Positions 28,773 to 38,706 are shown, numbered from the stretch's first letter. The stretch: 64,000 bases of DNA from Dehalococcoidia bacterium (GCA_030740155.1 JASLXV010000085.1:46041-110040), one strand, 5' to 3'. Notes: a model not told the origin generated them from the letters alone. Made by a program: numbers and translations.

Positions 28773-30614
28773 TTGAGAAACCTGGCGAGCTTTCTGGTGC
28801 ACCTGTTCGGCAGGGATGAAGACCTGAGCCATGTGTATCTCTCCGTCGTGCACGACCGGTGCTTGCTGTGTGAGGAGCCCATCAGCGAATCCGCGGCCTA
28901 CCTGACCTACCGGGTATGCCCATTTTGCCGTTTCCACTACACCCTGACCGCCAGAGAGCGGATCGAGCAACTGGCCGATAAGGGCAGTTTCAAAGAGTCC
29001 CACAAGTACCTCAGTTCAGTGGCCCCCCTCTCGTTTTCCCGGCGAGGCCGCTACCGAAAGCTGCTCGTCCAGGACCAAAACCGCACCGGCCTAACCGAGG
29101 CCGCGGTGACGGGCCGCTGTCGAATCGACGGCTTAGAGCTGATGCTGGTGGTTTTGGACTTTGGTTTCATGGGCGGCAGCATGGGCAGCGTAGTGGGAGA
29201 GAAGGTGGCCATGGCCCTGGAGACGGCAGCCCGCCGGGAACTTCCCCTGCTGGCGCTGGTTTCCGGCGGTGGCGCCCGGGTTCAAGAAGGTGTCCTGTCG
29301 TTGATGCAGATGGCTAAAACCGTGACCGCGGCCAAACGGCTACGGGAGGCCGGAGCCCCGTTCATAGTGGTGCTCGCCAACCCCTCCACGGGCCAGGCCT
29401 ACGCTAGCTTCGCCAACCTGGCCGACGTAATTCTGGCCGAGCCGGGCTCTCTGATCGGGCTATCGCCGTTGAGGACCTTGCGTGAGATATCCAAGGCCCC
29501 GCTGCCTCTTGACGCCCACACCGCCGAGGCCCATCTGGGACATGGCCTCTTGGACAATGTGGTGGACCGGGAAGCCCTGCAGTCACGGCTTTCAACGCTA
29601 TTGCAGATACTCACCTCCCAGAAGCAGAGCAAAGGGAACCACAAGGACCTGCTTCAGACCGAGCTGGAGGTGGCCGCGGAAACTGGGGTCTGGGAGGCGG
29701 TAACCATCGCCCGGAACGAGGAACGTCCTCTGGCGATTGCCTACATGCGGTCGATGCTGGACCCTTTCTTCGAGTTGCGAGGAGACCGTTTGAGCAGCGA
29801 CGACCGGTCGGTTGTCGGAGGAGTCGGGTTCCTGTTGGGGGAGCCGGTGGTCGTCATCGGCCAGCAACGCCGCGCTCCGCTACAGGGCCAGCGGTACCAC
29901 GTGTGCCCCGACGGTCTACGCAAGGCCCAGCGGCTGATCTCCCTGGCAGGCCGGTTCAAGCTCCCTCTGGTGACGCTGATCGACACGCAGGGAGCCGATC
30001 CAAGTCTGGAAGCGGAGGAGCAGGGCATCGGCAATGCCATTGCCAACACCCTGTCATTGATGGTCGAGGCGCCCGTTCCGATCGTCTCCGTGATCATTGG
30101 GGAAGGCGGCAGCGAAGGGGCGTTGGCTCTTGGGATGTCCGACCGCATTCTCATGCAACAGTACGCCATCTACTCACCGATCTCGTTGAACCGCAACCTG
30201 GGCGGACCTTTCCCCGACCGGATGTTGGACCGGGAGGCGGCGGAAGCGTTGATGCTGACGGTCCAGGACTGTTCGGAGCTGGGCATCGTCGATCAGGCGG
30301 TGCCGGAACCGGAAGGCGGGTCTCACACGAACCCCAGGGAAGCGGCGAGCGTGATGCAGTTGGCCGTCGTCAAGCAAATTGCGGAACTCTCCAAGCTGTC
30401 CCCGAGCAAGCTGCTCAAGCGGCGCTATCAGAAGTACCGCCGGATGGGCGAGCGAAGCGCGTTTTCTCAGGAAGCCATGAGCCTGGAAGTGGAGCTGTTG
30501 ATCAATATCGCCGCCCATGGCCAGCGGCAGGGCCGCGCCGTCCGGGCCCAGAAAGTAAAGGCTCCGGAGGGAGAGCCTATCGAAGCCCTGGCTACCGCCG
30601 CGATAGAAACCTAG
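28773..30614 (+). CDS. accDA: Fused acetyl-CoA carboxylase carboxyltransferase beta+alpha (AccD-AccA), divergent; start uncertain (28716 or 28773)
   Basis: CLLC..CPFC zinc finger, DFGFMGGSMGSVVGEK, SGGARVQEG-LSLMQMAK, then ELRGDR, KAQRL, IDT-GA, IGEGGS-GALAL, RYQKYRRMG. Confidence 0.85.
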   Translation: MRNLASFLVHLFGRDEDLSHVYLSVVHDRCLLCEEPISESAAYLTYRVCPFCRFHYTLTARERIEQLADKGSFKESHKYLSSVAPLSFSRRGRYRKLLVQDQNRTGLTEAAVTGRCRIDGLELMLVVLDFGFMGGSMGSVVGEKVAMALETAARRELPLLALVSGGGARVQEGVLSLMQMAKTVTAAKRLREAGAPFIVVLANPSTGQAYASFANLADVILAEPGSLIGLSPLRTLREISKAPLPLDAHTAEAHLGHGLLDNVVDREALQSRLSTLLQILTSQKQSKGNHKDLLQTELEVAAETGVWEAVTIARNEERPLAIAYMRSMLDPFFELRGDRLSSDDRSVVGGVGFLLGEPVVVIGQQRRAPLQGQRYHVCPDGLRKAQRLISLAGRFKLPLVTLIDTQGADPSLEAEEQGIGNAIANTLSLMVEAPVPIVSVIIGEGGSEGALALGMSDRILMQQYAIYSPISLNRNLGGPFPDRMLDREAAEALMLTVQDCSELGIVDQAVPEPEGGSHTNPREAASVMQLAVVKQIAELSKLSPSKLLKRRYQKYRRMGERSAFSQEAMSLEVELLINIAAHGQRQGRAVRAQKVKAPEGEPIEALATAAIET

Positions 30615-30630
30615 CGGAGCGCCGTAAAGG

Positions 30631-31440
30631 TCAGGCTGCTTCTCGTCCCAATTCCCGCAGGCTCTTCTTGACCTCCTCGGCCAAGCGGACGTACTCATCG
30701 CCCACCGCCTCGTCGACCAAGGCGGTCGGTCTGGAGTTGTCCTGGTAGGACGACCGTAGCGCGATGGTTCCCAGGAAAGGTGCTTCAACATCCTGGGCCA
30801 GCACCTTGCCGGCGCCCTCGCCAAATATCTCGCCGGTGTAGTTTTCGACAATCCCCAGGACGTTCAGGTTGAGCTTCCGGATCATGTTGATGCAACGTTT
30901 GGCGTCTATGTTGGCCAGTTGCTGGGGAGTGCTAACGACCACGAAGCCGTCCATGGGCAAAGTCTGCATGATGGTCAACGGAGCGTCTGAGGTGCCGGGG
31001 GGCAGGTCCACCACCAGATAATCCAACTCGCCCCATTCAGTGATCTCCAGGAACTGATTGATAGCGTTGTGAATCATCGGCCCGCGCCAGATAATGGCCT
31101 CTTCTTCATTCTCCTGGAAAAAAGCCATCGACACCACTTTGACTCCCCATTTTTGTGAAGGAAGAATCTGGCCGTCGACGAAGTCCGGTTTGTCGGCGAT
31201 GCCCAGAACCTTCGTTGCGTTGGGGCAGTCGATGTCCACGTCCAGCAGCCCGACCAGCTTTCCCTCCTGGGCCAGGGTAACGGCCAGGTTCACCGCGACG
31301 GTGGTCTTCCCGACGCCTCCCTTGCCGCTGTAAACTCCGATCTTGGTCCCGATCTTGGACAGGCGGCCCGTTATTTGGCGCTTTTGCTGCCAGCTTCGTT
31401 TGATCTGCTCCAGCCTGGGGTTTCCTTCGGGAGTCGACAT
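30631..31440 (-). CDS. mrp: Mrp/NBP35 (ApbC-like) P-loop ATPase
   Basis: SGKGGVGKTT, IWRGPM, WGELDYLVVDLPPGTSD, STPQ, GIVEN. Confidence 0.9.
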   Translation of the reverse strand: MSTPEGNPRLEQIKRSWQQKRQITGRLSKIGTKIGVYSGKGGVGKTTVAVNLAVTLAQEGKLVGLLDVDIDCPNATKVLGIADKPDFVDGQILPSQKWGVKVVSMAFFQENEEEAIIWRGPMIHNAINQFLEITEWGELDYLVVDLPPGTSDAPLTIMQTLPMDGFVVVSTPQQLANIDAKRCINMIRKLNLNVLGIVENYTGEIFGEGAGKVLAQDVEAPFLGTIALRSSYQDNSRPTALVDEAVGDEYVRLAEEVKKSLRELGREAA

Positions 31441-31878
31441 GCTTTATTCCTTTCGGCCGCCATCATCGGTGGAGTTCTGCCGGCGGAGTACGCGGCGTTC
31501 CTTCGGGCGAGCCCTGCTATTTGCTTTGGCAGGTTATCCTAAAGCCGCCCGGCCTCACCGGGCGAAGCGTTGATCGGCAGGTTGAGCACACGATAAGGCC
31601 GCAGGGACTGGCCTGCGGCCGGAGCCGGGGACGGACGGCCCCACCAATCTTTCCCGTATCACCGGGGGTGTCGAGGGGCGGTCTCGTCGGCCTATCGAGC
31701 CACGAGGCCCGTGATTATCTTGGTCAAATCGCCGGGCTTCATGGGCGGCCGGCGCCGCATTGAGACTTCTCGGTTCACCGTGGCGGCGGCGGCATCGAAT
31801 CCGTGGGTCGCCTGGCCGTTTCCCGGGTGCAGCGCGGAATATTCCGGTACAGGCGGGCCGGGCGACGCGAGATGAGCG

Positions 31879-32187
31879 CTAGATCCCCAACATGGACCTG
31901 GCTTCTTCGCTAATCAGGTCGGGCGTCCAGGGCGGATCGAAGACCAACTCTACCTCCACATCATTCACCCCTTCGATCTCCTGGATGGCCGTTTCCGCCT
32001 GCTGCGCGATGAACGGTCCCATTCCGCAACCCGCGAAGGTCAACGTCATCTGGACATAAACATCGCTGCCGGTGACCTGGACATCGTAGATAAGCCCTAG
32101 GTCCACAATGTTCACCGGTATTTCCGGATCGAATACGCTTTTTAGGGTCTCAAAGACAACCTCTTGCGTTACCGTGGCCTCCGCCAT
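31879..32187 (-). CDS. DUF59/SufT-like Fe-S cluster assembly factor
   Basis: VFDPEIPVNIVDLGLIY, MTLT-AGC, VFDPPWTP; RBS GGAGGAG. Confidence 0.92.
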   Translation of the reverse strand: MAEATVTQEVVFETLKSVFDPEIPVNIVDLGLIYDVQVTGSDVYVQMTLTFAGCGMGPFIAQQAETAIQEIEGVNDVEVELVFDPPWTPDLISEEARSMLGI

Positions 32188-32216
32188 TCTCTCCTCCTGC
32201 TGCCGGGCCTTAACCA

Positions 32217-32250
32217 ATTATATATAATGTTGACTGAATAGGTCAACAAT
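32217..32250 (-). promoter_or_regulatory. Sigma70 promoter overlapped by an Rrf2/IscR-type palindromic operator
   Basis: Minus strand TTGACC (32246-32241)-N18-TATAAT (32222-32217); palindrome TGTTGAC-N7-GTCAACA at 32228-32248. Confidence 0.75.
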
Positions 32251-32417
32251 CTGATTTAGTGTCTCGTAGGCGGCTCGATCCCCAGCCGGCCGTCCCGGCG
32301 AAGGCCGGGTACCGGCGAAAACATCTCTGGATTCCGGCCTCGATGGCGTCGGGGACGATGGCCGGAAGGGCGTGTTACACAGGTTCGCCGGTGTAAAGCT
32401 ATTTGCCAGACAGGCTA

Positions 32418-33386
32418 CTAGGGAATGAGCAGCATCTTGCCGGTGGTGGCTCGGCCCTCTAGCTGACGGTGGGCCTCGGCTGCCTCCGACAGGGGCAATA
32501 CGTGCTCGACCCGCAGCTTCAGTTCTCCGGTCTTCACCCAGTTCAGCACGTCCCCAGCGCGTTTTTCCAGCTCCTCCCTGGTTACGGTATAATCGCCCAG
32601 GCCGGGCCGGGTGAGAAACCGGGAGCCGTTGCCGAGGATCCTCGGGTTCAGAGGTGGCACGGGGCCGCTGGCCTGGCCGTACAGCACCATGTAGCCCCGG
32701 CGGGCCAGGCAGCTAAGGCCCTTGTCGAAGGTGGTCCGACCCACGCCGTCGTAGACTGCCTGAACGCCCGCTCCGCCGGTCTCCCGTTTGACCTCCTCAG
32801 CGAAATCCTGCTGGGTGTAGATGATGACGTGGTCGGCGCCGGCCCCCCGGGACAGCTCCGCCTTGGCCTCGGTGGAGACCGTGGAGAAAACGTAGCCGCC
32901 CAGGCGCTTGATCATCTGCGTGAGCAGCAGCCCGGTACCGCCGGCGCTTGCGTGGACCAGAACCCGGTCGCCGTCCTGCACCGGGTAGGTGCTGTGGCAC
33001 AGGTAATGGGCGGTCATCCCCTGTAGAATGGCCGCTGCCCCCGCCTGGGCGTCCAGACCCTGGGGCATCTTGATGAGCCGGGAGGCGGGGACCACCGCCC
33101 GCTCGGCGTAGGAGCCCGGAACACTGCAGTAAACCACCAGATCACCGGTGCTGACACTGGTGACACCGAGACCAACGTCCCGCACCACCCCCGCGCCCTC
33201 CACCCCGATGGTTCTCGGGAGGGGCGGCCCCGGGTTGATGCCGGCCCGGCTGTAAACATCGGTGAAGTTGACCCCTACCGCCTGGATTTCTACGACCGCC
33301 TCTCCGTCGCCGGGAGCCGGGTCAGGCACGTCTTGGTATTTCATGACCTCAGGGCCACCGAACTCAGTGATCTGTATCGCTTTCAT
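32418..33386 (-). CDS. qor: NADPH:quinone oxidoreductase (zeta-crystallin/MDR family)
   Basis: FGGPEV, VGVNFTD, GVEGAG, QGMTAHYL, HASAGGTG, YDGVG, YGQASG, EGRATTGK. Confidence 0.9.
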   Translation of the reverse strand: MKAIQITEFGGPEVMKYQDVPDPAPGDGEAVVEIQAVGVNFTDVYSRAGINPGPPLPRTIGVEGAGVVRDVGLGVTSVSTGDLVVYCSVPGSYAERAVVPASRLIKMPQGLDAQAGAAAILQGMTAHYLCHSTYPVQDGDRVLVHASAGGTGLLLTQMIKRLGGYVFSTVSTEAKAELSRGAGADHVIIYTQQDFAEEVKRETGGAGVQAVYDGVGRTTFDKGLSCLARRGYMVLYGQASGPVPPLNPRILGNGSRFLTRPGLGDYTVTREELEKRAGDVLNWVKTGELKLRVEHVLPLSEAAEAHRQLEGRATTGKMLLIP

Positions 33387-33698
33387 GGCTGCTCCTTTTG
33401 AGATCAAAATGAAGCCAAGGCGACAGTATACACCGGATCGGAACGCCGGCACCCGAAGCTGAACGACAGGAGACGATGCGCGGGATCAACCGAGAGGATG
33501 TCCCGCGTGCCACCGCCTACCGGACCTCTTGAACTAAGCACTCGGAGCCGTGAATCTTTGCGGAGGCGGAAAGGGAACAGGTAGAATGTGAGATGTGTAG
33601 AGAGCGCCCTCTCTTCATCGCCGTGACGTATTTACCCGAGGGGAGTGTTGGCCGGGGACTTTGCCGGCCCTTGAGAAGACGGCGGGCATGCATGGTGA

Positions 33699-33734
33699 GC
33701 GAAATCCCCCTGTATCCCCCTTTACAAAGGGGGA
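33699..33734. repeat. GAAATCCCCC..CCCCCTTT..AAAGGGGG REP-like palindrome
   Basis: An inverted near-copy lies at 56097-56132; degenerate relative near 3339-3416. Confidence 0.65.
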
Positions 33735-33840
33735 CTGGATGGGCACTACTCGTTGGGATGTCTTGCAGCTTCGGCAAGGATTGGTAACCTGAATGAAAAA
33801 GTTGCACCGGCTGCCATCGTGATCCCCATGGACGTAGCAA

Positions 33841-35526
33841 ATGTCTGAACTTCCACATCGCAGCAGCGGGGAGTGGCGGGCCGCCGGGCCCCCGGACCTT
33901 CTGCTGGTAAACGCCCGGGTGGTGACCCTCGAACCGGGACAGCCCAGGGCCGAGGCCGTGGCGGTGCGCGGCGATACCATTGTCGCCGTCGGCGGCCAGG
34001 CCGAAGCGGTGGCCCTTGCCGGACCCGGCACCCGGACCGTCGATTGCCAGCGGATGTGCCTGCTGCCGGGCTTCGTGGACGCTCACTGCCACCTGATGGC
34101 CCTGGCCGCCTCCCTACAGGGGCTCGATTGCGGTCCGGGGGTCGTCTCATCCATGAAAGGGCTGCAAGACATGCTGCGCCACCGGGCCATGCAGACCCAA
34201 CCCGGCCGTTGGATTCGTGGTTTCGGATACGACGACCTGGCATTGGCCGAAGGGCGGCACCCGGCTCGCTGGGACCTGGACGAGGCGGTTCCCCACCACC
34301 CTACCCGGCTAGACCATCGCAGTGGCCACGCCACGGTGCTGAACAGCCGGGGGTTGCGGCTCGCCGGGATCGACCGGGATACCCCCGACCCCCCAGAGGG
34401 AGTGATCGACCGGGACGGCGCCACCGGAGAGCCCACCGGGTTGCTGCTCGATCTGGCGGGATTTCTGCGGCAGCGCCTGGGCAGCTTGCGAGACGCCGAA
34501 CAGATCGAGGAAGGTATCGTCCGGCTGAACCGAGAGTTGCTCGGCTACGGCATTACCTCGGTTCAGGACGCCGGGCCTGACAACGACCCGGCTCGTTGGG
34601 AGTCCTTCGCCAGCCTGCAGGGCTCGGGGAAGCTGCAATGCCGGGTTACCATGCTGGCCGGGGAGGCCCGCCTGAACGAGTTTTTGGCGGAGGGCCGGCG
34701 CCCGGCCGGTGGTGATCGATGGCTGCGGCTGGGCCATGCCAAGGTGATGCTCACGCTGACTACCGGAGCGCTCCAGCCAGACCTTGCCAGCCTGGGCCGG
34801 ATCGTCGTCGAGGCGCATCATGCGGGGTTTCCCGTGGCCATTCACGCGGTGGAGCAGGAGGCGGTCGCGGCGGCGGCGCGGGTACTCGGGGAAAACCCGT
34901 TTGCGCCCCCTCCTGGAAGATTGGGAGATAGGGCTTCGGGGGCCACGAGCCCGCCGGTCGCCGCCCTCGCGCTCAAGGACCGCATTGAGCACTGTGCCGA
35001 GTGCCCGCCCGATCTGGTGATCCAGGTGCGGAGAAGCGGGGCCGGGGTGGTGACCCAGCCGGGTTTCGTCTACTGGAATGGAGACCGCTATCGGGAGCGG
35101 GTGGAAGCGTCGCTGCTGGATCACCTCTATCCGGTGGGCGCCCTGCTTCGCTCCGGCGTGCCGGTGGCTTTCGGCTCCGACGCTCCGGTCATCGATCCCA
35201 ACCCCTGGCCGGGCATCTTCAGCGCCGTGACCGGGGCCACGCGGGCCGGAGCGTCGCTGTCCCCGGCAGAAGAAACCGGGTCCGGAGTGGGCCGTGGGGT
35301 TTCCATTCAAGCGGCATTGGAGATATATACCTTGGCCGGCGCGCGCTCCGAAGGCAACCAGAACAGCAAAGGGACGATCCGTCCGGGGAAGCTGGCCGAC
35401 TTGGTGCTGGTGGACGCGGACCCGACAATGGCTCCCATTTCCGGCCTGGCGGACATCCGGCCGGTCTTGACGGTGGTGGGAGGCCGGGTGGTCTGGACCA
35501 ACGGCCGAGTGGGGATCGATGGTTAG
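33841..35526 (+). CDS. Amidohydrolase 3 family (YtcJ-like)
   Basis: PGFVDAHCH, SGH--VLNS, GEPTG, GITSVQDA, IHA, RIEHC, FGSDAPV, GTI-PGKLADLV. Confidence 0.9.
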   Translation: MSELPHRSSGEWRAAGPPDLLLVNARVVTLEPGQPRAEAVAVRGDTIVAVGGQAEAVALAGPGTRTVDCQRMCLLPGFVDAHCHLMALAASLQGLDCGPGVVSSMKGLQDMLRHRAMQTQPGRWIRGFGYDDLALAEGRHPARWDLDEAVPHHPTRLDHRSGHATVLNSRGLRLAGIDRDTPDPPEGVIDRDGATGEPTGLLLDLAGFLRQRLGSLRDAEQIEEGIVRLNRELLGYGITSVQDAGPDNDPARWESFASLQGSGKLQCRVTMLAGEARLNEFLAEGRRPAGGDRWLRLGHAKVMLTLTTGALQPDLASLGRIVVEAHHAGFPVAIHAVEQEAVAAAARVLGENPFAPPPGRLGDRASGATSPPVAALALKDRIEHCAECPPDLVIQVRRSGAGVVTQPGFVYWNGDRYRERVEASLLDHLYPVGALLRSGVPVAFGSDAPVIDPNPWPGIFSAVTGATRAGASLSPAEETGSGVGRGVSIQAALEIYTLAGARSEGNQNSKGTIRPGKLADLVLVDADPTMAPISGLADIRPVLTVVGGRVVWTNGRVGIDG

Positions 35527-36521
35527 TGGGTGCGCTCCCGGAGGTAGCCAGACAGGTCCAGCAGGGAGTGCCGTGCCTGGCAATCGGGAAGTTCGTCCAG
35601 GGACCTCGATGCCGTCTCACAGTATTGCCGGATGACGGTGTAGCAGTCCTTGATAATGGTGGAATCGTTTATCATGTCCAGGACCTTTGGCACCTGGCCA
35701 TCCTGATCACGGTCCTCAGACAACTCCCGGAACAGCTTTTCGATGGGGTTATCCGCCGGATACCGTTCCATCAGCATGATGGCCGGCAGCGTCAGCACCC
35801 CTTGCCGGAGGTCGCTGCCGACCGGCTTGCCCAGCTCGGCGGCGTCGCCCTGGACGTCCAGCAGGTCGTCCATTATCTGGAAGGCCATGCCGATGTTGAA
35901 GCCATAAGCCCGGAGCGCCTGGGTTTGTGGCTCCGGAGCCCCGCCCAGGATGGCGCCCGTTTCCGCCGCGGTGCAAAACAGAGAGGCGGTCTTGCGGTAG
36001 ATGCGCTCGTCGTAGAGCTTGCGGGCCTGCTTGGCATCGAAGGCGCTGAACAGCTCGATCAGCTCGCCGCTGGCCAGATCCATGATGGTCTCGGAGAACC
36101 GGCGGATGACCCGCACGTTCCCAGTTTCGCAAACGAACGTGGCGGACGTGGCGAAGACGTAGTCGCCGAACAGCACCGCCACGTTCCGGCCCCAAGCGTT
36201 GCTGACGGTGGCCTTGCCGCGGCGCAGGTCCGAGTTGTCCACCGTGTCGTCGTGGATCAGGGTGGCCACGTGAAGCAGTTCCACCGCCGCGGCCATGGTG
36301 ATCGGATTTTCCGGCTGGTGGGGGTAGAAATCGGCGGCCAACAGGGTGATGGCAGGCCGGATCCGTTTCCCGCCGCTCGTCAGTACGTGGTCCAGCAGGG
36401 GGCCCAGGTAGGGGCTGTCGTCGGTTTGGCTCAGGCCCCGAAGACGCGCTTCCACACGGCCCAGATCGAGCTGAATCGGCGTGTAAATTGACGCGGTCCT
36501 CTCATCCAGCCCTTTGAGCAA
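35523..36521 (-). CDS. Polyprenyl diphosphate synthase (HepT/IspB-like)
   Basis: GGKRIRP, LIHDDTVD..RRG, KTA, AFQIMDDLLD, GK--GSDL. Confidence 0.92.
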   Translation of the reverse strand: MLKGLDERTASIYTPIQLDLGRVEARLRGLSQTDDSPYLGPLLDHVLTSGGKRIRPAITLLAADFYPHQPENPITMAAAVELLHVATLIHDDTVDNSDLRRGKATVSNAWGRNVAVLFGDYVFATSATFVCETGNVRVIRRFSETIMDLASGELIELFSAFDAKQARKLYDERIYRKTASLFCTAAETGAILGGAPEPQTQALRAYGFNIGMAFQIMDDLLDVQGDAAELGKPVGSDLRQGVLTLPAIMLMERYPADNPIEKLFRELSEDRDQDGQVPKVLDMINDSTIIKDCYTVIRQYCETASRSLDELPDCQARHSLLDLSGYLRERTH

Positions 36522-36529
36522 GCTGCCCC

Positions 36530-38215
36530 CTATGCGGTCCCGACGCCTAGCCGCTGCACCTCATCATCCACCACCTGGGCGTCCAGCTTGGTATACAGCG
36601 GCGAGGGCCCGCGCAAGGACTTGCCGCCCTCCACCCCTTTCAGGATCGCATCAAAATCCCACTGTTCCTCTTCGACCGGGCCGTCAAATCCCAAGAATTC
36701 ATGCAAGCGGTGAGCGCTGAACGGGAGGAAGGGGTACAAGATCACCTTGAGGCAATTTATCACCGCAATGCTAGTCCACAGGGCGGTGGCGGCATCCTGC
36801 CGGGCGGTCTTGATGGATTTCCAGGGCGCCGTGGTGTCCAGGTAGCGGTTGGCCTCCTGCGCCAGGGAGAAGGCCTGGCCGATGGCAGCCTTGAAGCGGC
36901 AATTGGATAGGCTCTGGTCCACGCCGTCCATCGCGGCGCGGGCACCCTTGAGAATCGCCTCGTCCACCGGGCTCAGCGGCCCCGGCGAGGGAATCTTGCC
37001 ATCGAAGTTCCGGTAGGTGAAGGACAGTACCCGATGCACCAGGTTCCCGTAGGTCGCCACCAGCTCTTCATTGTTCCGGCGCACGAACTCGCCCCAGGAG
37101 AAGTCGGTATCGGCGGACTCCGGCATATTGATGGAGAGGACGAAACGGAGGGGATCAGGATCGTACCGGGCCAGGTAGTCGGGCACCCAGACCGCCCAGT
37201 TCTGGCTGGTGGAGAACTTCTGGTTCTCCAAACTCAGGAACTCGTTGGCCGGAACGTCGTAGGGCAAGTTGAGGCCGCCGTGGCCCATGAGGATGGCCGG
37301 CCAGATGATGGAGTGGAAGGGGATGTTGTCCTTGCCGATGAAGTAGTAGGGCCTGGTGTTGGGGTCCTTCCAGAACTCCTCCCACTTGCCGGGAGTCCCG
37401 GCCCGCTGCGCCCATTCGACCGCCGCCGACAGGTAGCCGATCACCGCCTCGAACCAGACGTAGATTCGTTTGCCCTCGTATCCTTCCACGGGGACGGGTA
37501 TCCCCCAGGTGAGGTCGCGGGTGATGGCCCGGTCCTTCAGCCCGTCCTCCAGGTAGCGCCGGGTGAAGTTGAGAACGTTGGGTCTCCAGTGATCATGCTG
37601 GTTTACCCACTCCAGAAGTGGCTCCTGAAAGGCGGACAGCTTGAGAAAGAAGTGCTCCGAGTCACGAAACTCCGGCGCGGTCCCACATAGGTTGCAGCGG
37701 GGCTCCAGCAGGTCTTTGGAGTCCAAGGTGCGGCCGCACGTTTCGCACTGGTCACCCCTGGCCCGGTTGGAGTGGCAGTGGGGGCAGACGCCTTCCACGT
37801 ACCGGTCTGGCAGGAAACGGTCGCATGCCGGGCAGTAGGCCAGCAGTGTCACATCGGTGTAGATGTATCCCTTCTCCCGTAGGAGCCGGAATATGCCCTG
37901 GACCACCTCTTGGTGATTCTCGGTGCGGGTGGTGGTGAACAGGTCGAAAGATATGCCCAGACGGTCCCAGGTGTCCAGGAACTGGGCGTGGTACCGGTCC
38001 ACGACCTCTTGGGGAGTCACGCCTTCCTGCTCGGCCCGGACGGTAATGGGGGTGCCGTGGCTGTCGCTGCCCGATACCATCAACACCTGGTTACCCTTCA
38101 TCCGATGGTAGCGGGCGAAGATGTCGGCGGGGAGATAGCACCCGGCTACATGGCCCAGGTGCAGGGGTCCGTTAGCGTAGGGCCAGGCGACGGCGACGAA
38201 TATGCGCTCGGGCAA
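36530..38215 (-). CDS. metG: Methionine--tRNA ligase
   Basis: WPYANGPLHLGH, four CxxC zinc knuckles, YVWFEA, IGKDN, KFSTS. Confidence 0.97.
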   Translation of the reverse strand: MPERIFVAVAWPYANGPLHLGHVAGCYLPADIFARYHRMKGNQVLMVSGSDSHGTPITVRAEQEGVTPQEVVDRYHAQFLDTWDRLGISFDLFTTTRTENHQEVVQGIFRLLREKGYIYTDVTLLAYCPACDRFLPDRYVEGVCPHCHSNRARGDQCETCGRTLDSKDLLEPRCNLCGTAPEFRDSEHFFLKLSAFQEPLLEWVNQHDHWRPNVLNFTRRYLEDGLKDRAITRDLTWGIPVPVEGYEGKRIYVWFEAVIGYLSAAVEWAQRAGTPGKWEEFWKDPNTRPYYFIGKDNIPFHSIIWPAILMGHGGLNLPYDVPANEFLSLENQKFSTSQNWAVWVPDYLARYDPDPLRFVLSINMPESADTDFSWGEFVRRNNEELVATYGNLVHRVLSFTYRNFDGKIPSPGPLSPVDEAILKGARAAMDGVDQSLSNCRFKAAIGQAFSLAQEANRYLDTTAPWKSIKTARQDAATALWTSIAVINCLKVILYPFLPFSAHRLHEFLGFDGPVEEEQWDFDAILKGVEGGKSLRGPSPLYTKLDAQVVDDEVQRLGVGTA

Positions 38216-38323
38216 CGGCGGACTTCCTCTAGGTGTCTCACGGAATGGGTTCGTTCATTCTATCATAACCACCAGGCATAATCGCCACACGCTGCCTCGC
38301 CCGGCCCAGGCTGCGCCAGGGCA

Positions 38324-38358
38324 TCCCTCTCCCGAGGGAGAGGGAACGAGGGTGAGGG
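38324..38358. repeat. CCCTCTCCC..GGGAGAGGG REP-like palindrome, copy 2
   Basis: tccctctccc-ga-gggagaggga..gggtgaggg. Confidence 0.7.
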
Positions 38359-38377
38359 CATCGGCGCGTAGCTGTGG

Positions 38378-38407
38378 TTGACAAGCTGACTTTGGTGCTG
38401 ATAACAT
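38378..38407 (+). promoter_or_regulatory. Sigma70 promoter of the ilv-leu leader
   Basis: TTGACA-N18-TAACAT with an extended -10 TG. Confidence 0.7.
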
Positions 38408-38429
38408 CCACGGGTTACATTGCTAAGAA

Positions 38430-38706
38430 ACCCGCTTAGAAAGGGAGTAGTAGGAGTAACCGTTCCCAGAGAGCCGGTGGTTGGTGGAAAACCGGTGAAG
38501 GCAATACTCCGAACTCGCCCTGGAGCGACCAGCCTGAACTAGAGTAGGGCGCGGCGGCTGGCACCGTTAACGGCCTTGGAGCAGTTCCGGCATCCGAGTT
38601 GGTAATTAGTCAGCCTCAAAGCTGAGTCATGACGACTGGATTCCCGGAAAATAAGGGTGGTACCGCGGGATCTAACGACTCGTCCCTTTGGGGATGGGTT
38701 TTTTTG
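38430..38706 (+). promoter_or_regulatory. T-box riboswitch, Leu (CUC) specifier, with intrinsic terminator
   Basis: AAGGGAGUAGUAG, AGAGAGCCGG-GGUGGAA loops, GAA-CUC-G-CCCU-GGAGC (CUC at 38514-38516), CCGUUA, AAGGGUGGUACCGCG, terminator CUCGUCCCUUUGGGGAUGGG-U7. Confidence 0.93.

Noticed and set aside
31441..31878. Possible gene between DUF59 and mrp
   Set aside because: Only short, motif-free frames.
34309..36491. Long antisense or alternate-frame ORFs (e.g. 34309..35583, 35001..36491; likewise 25849..27300, 13594..14673)
   Set aside because: Shadow ORFs of well-supported genes, as expected at high GC; no independent motifs.
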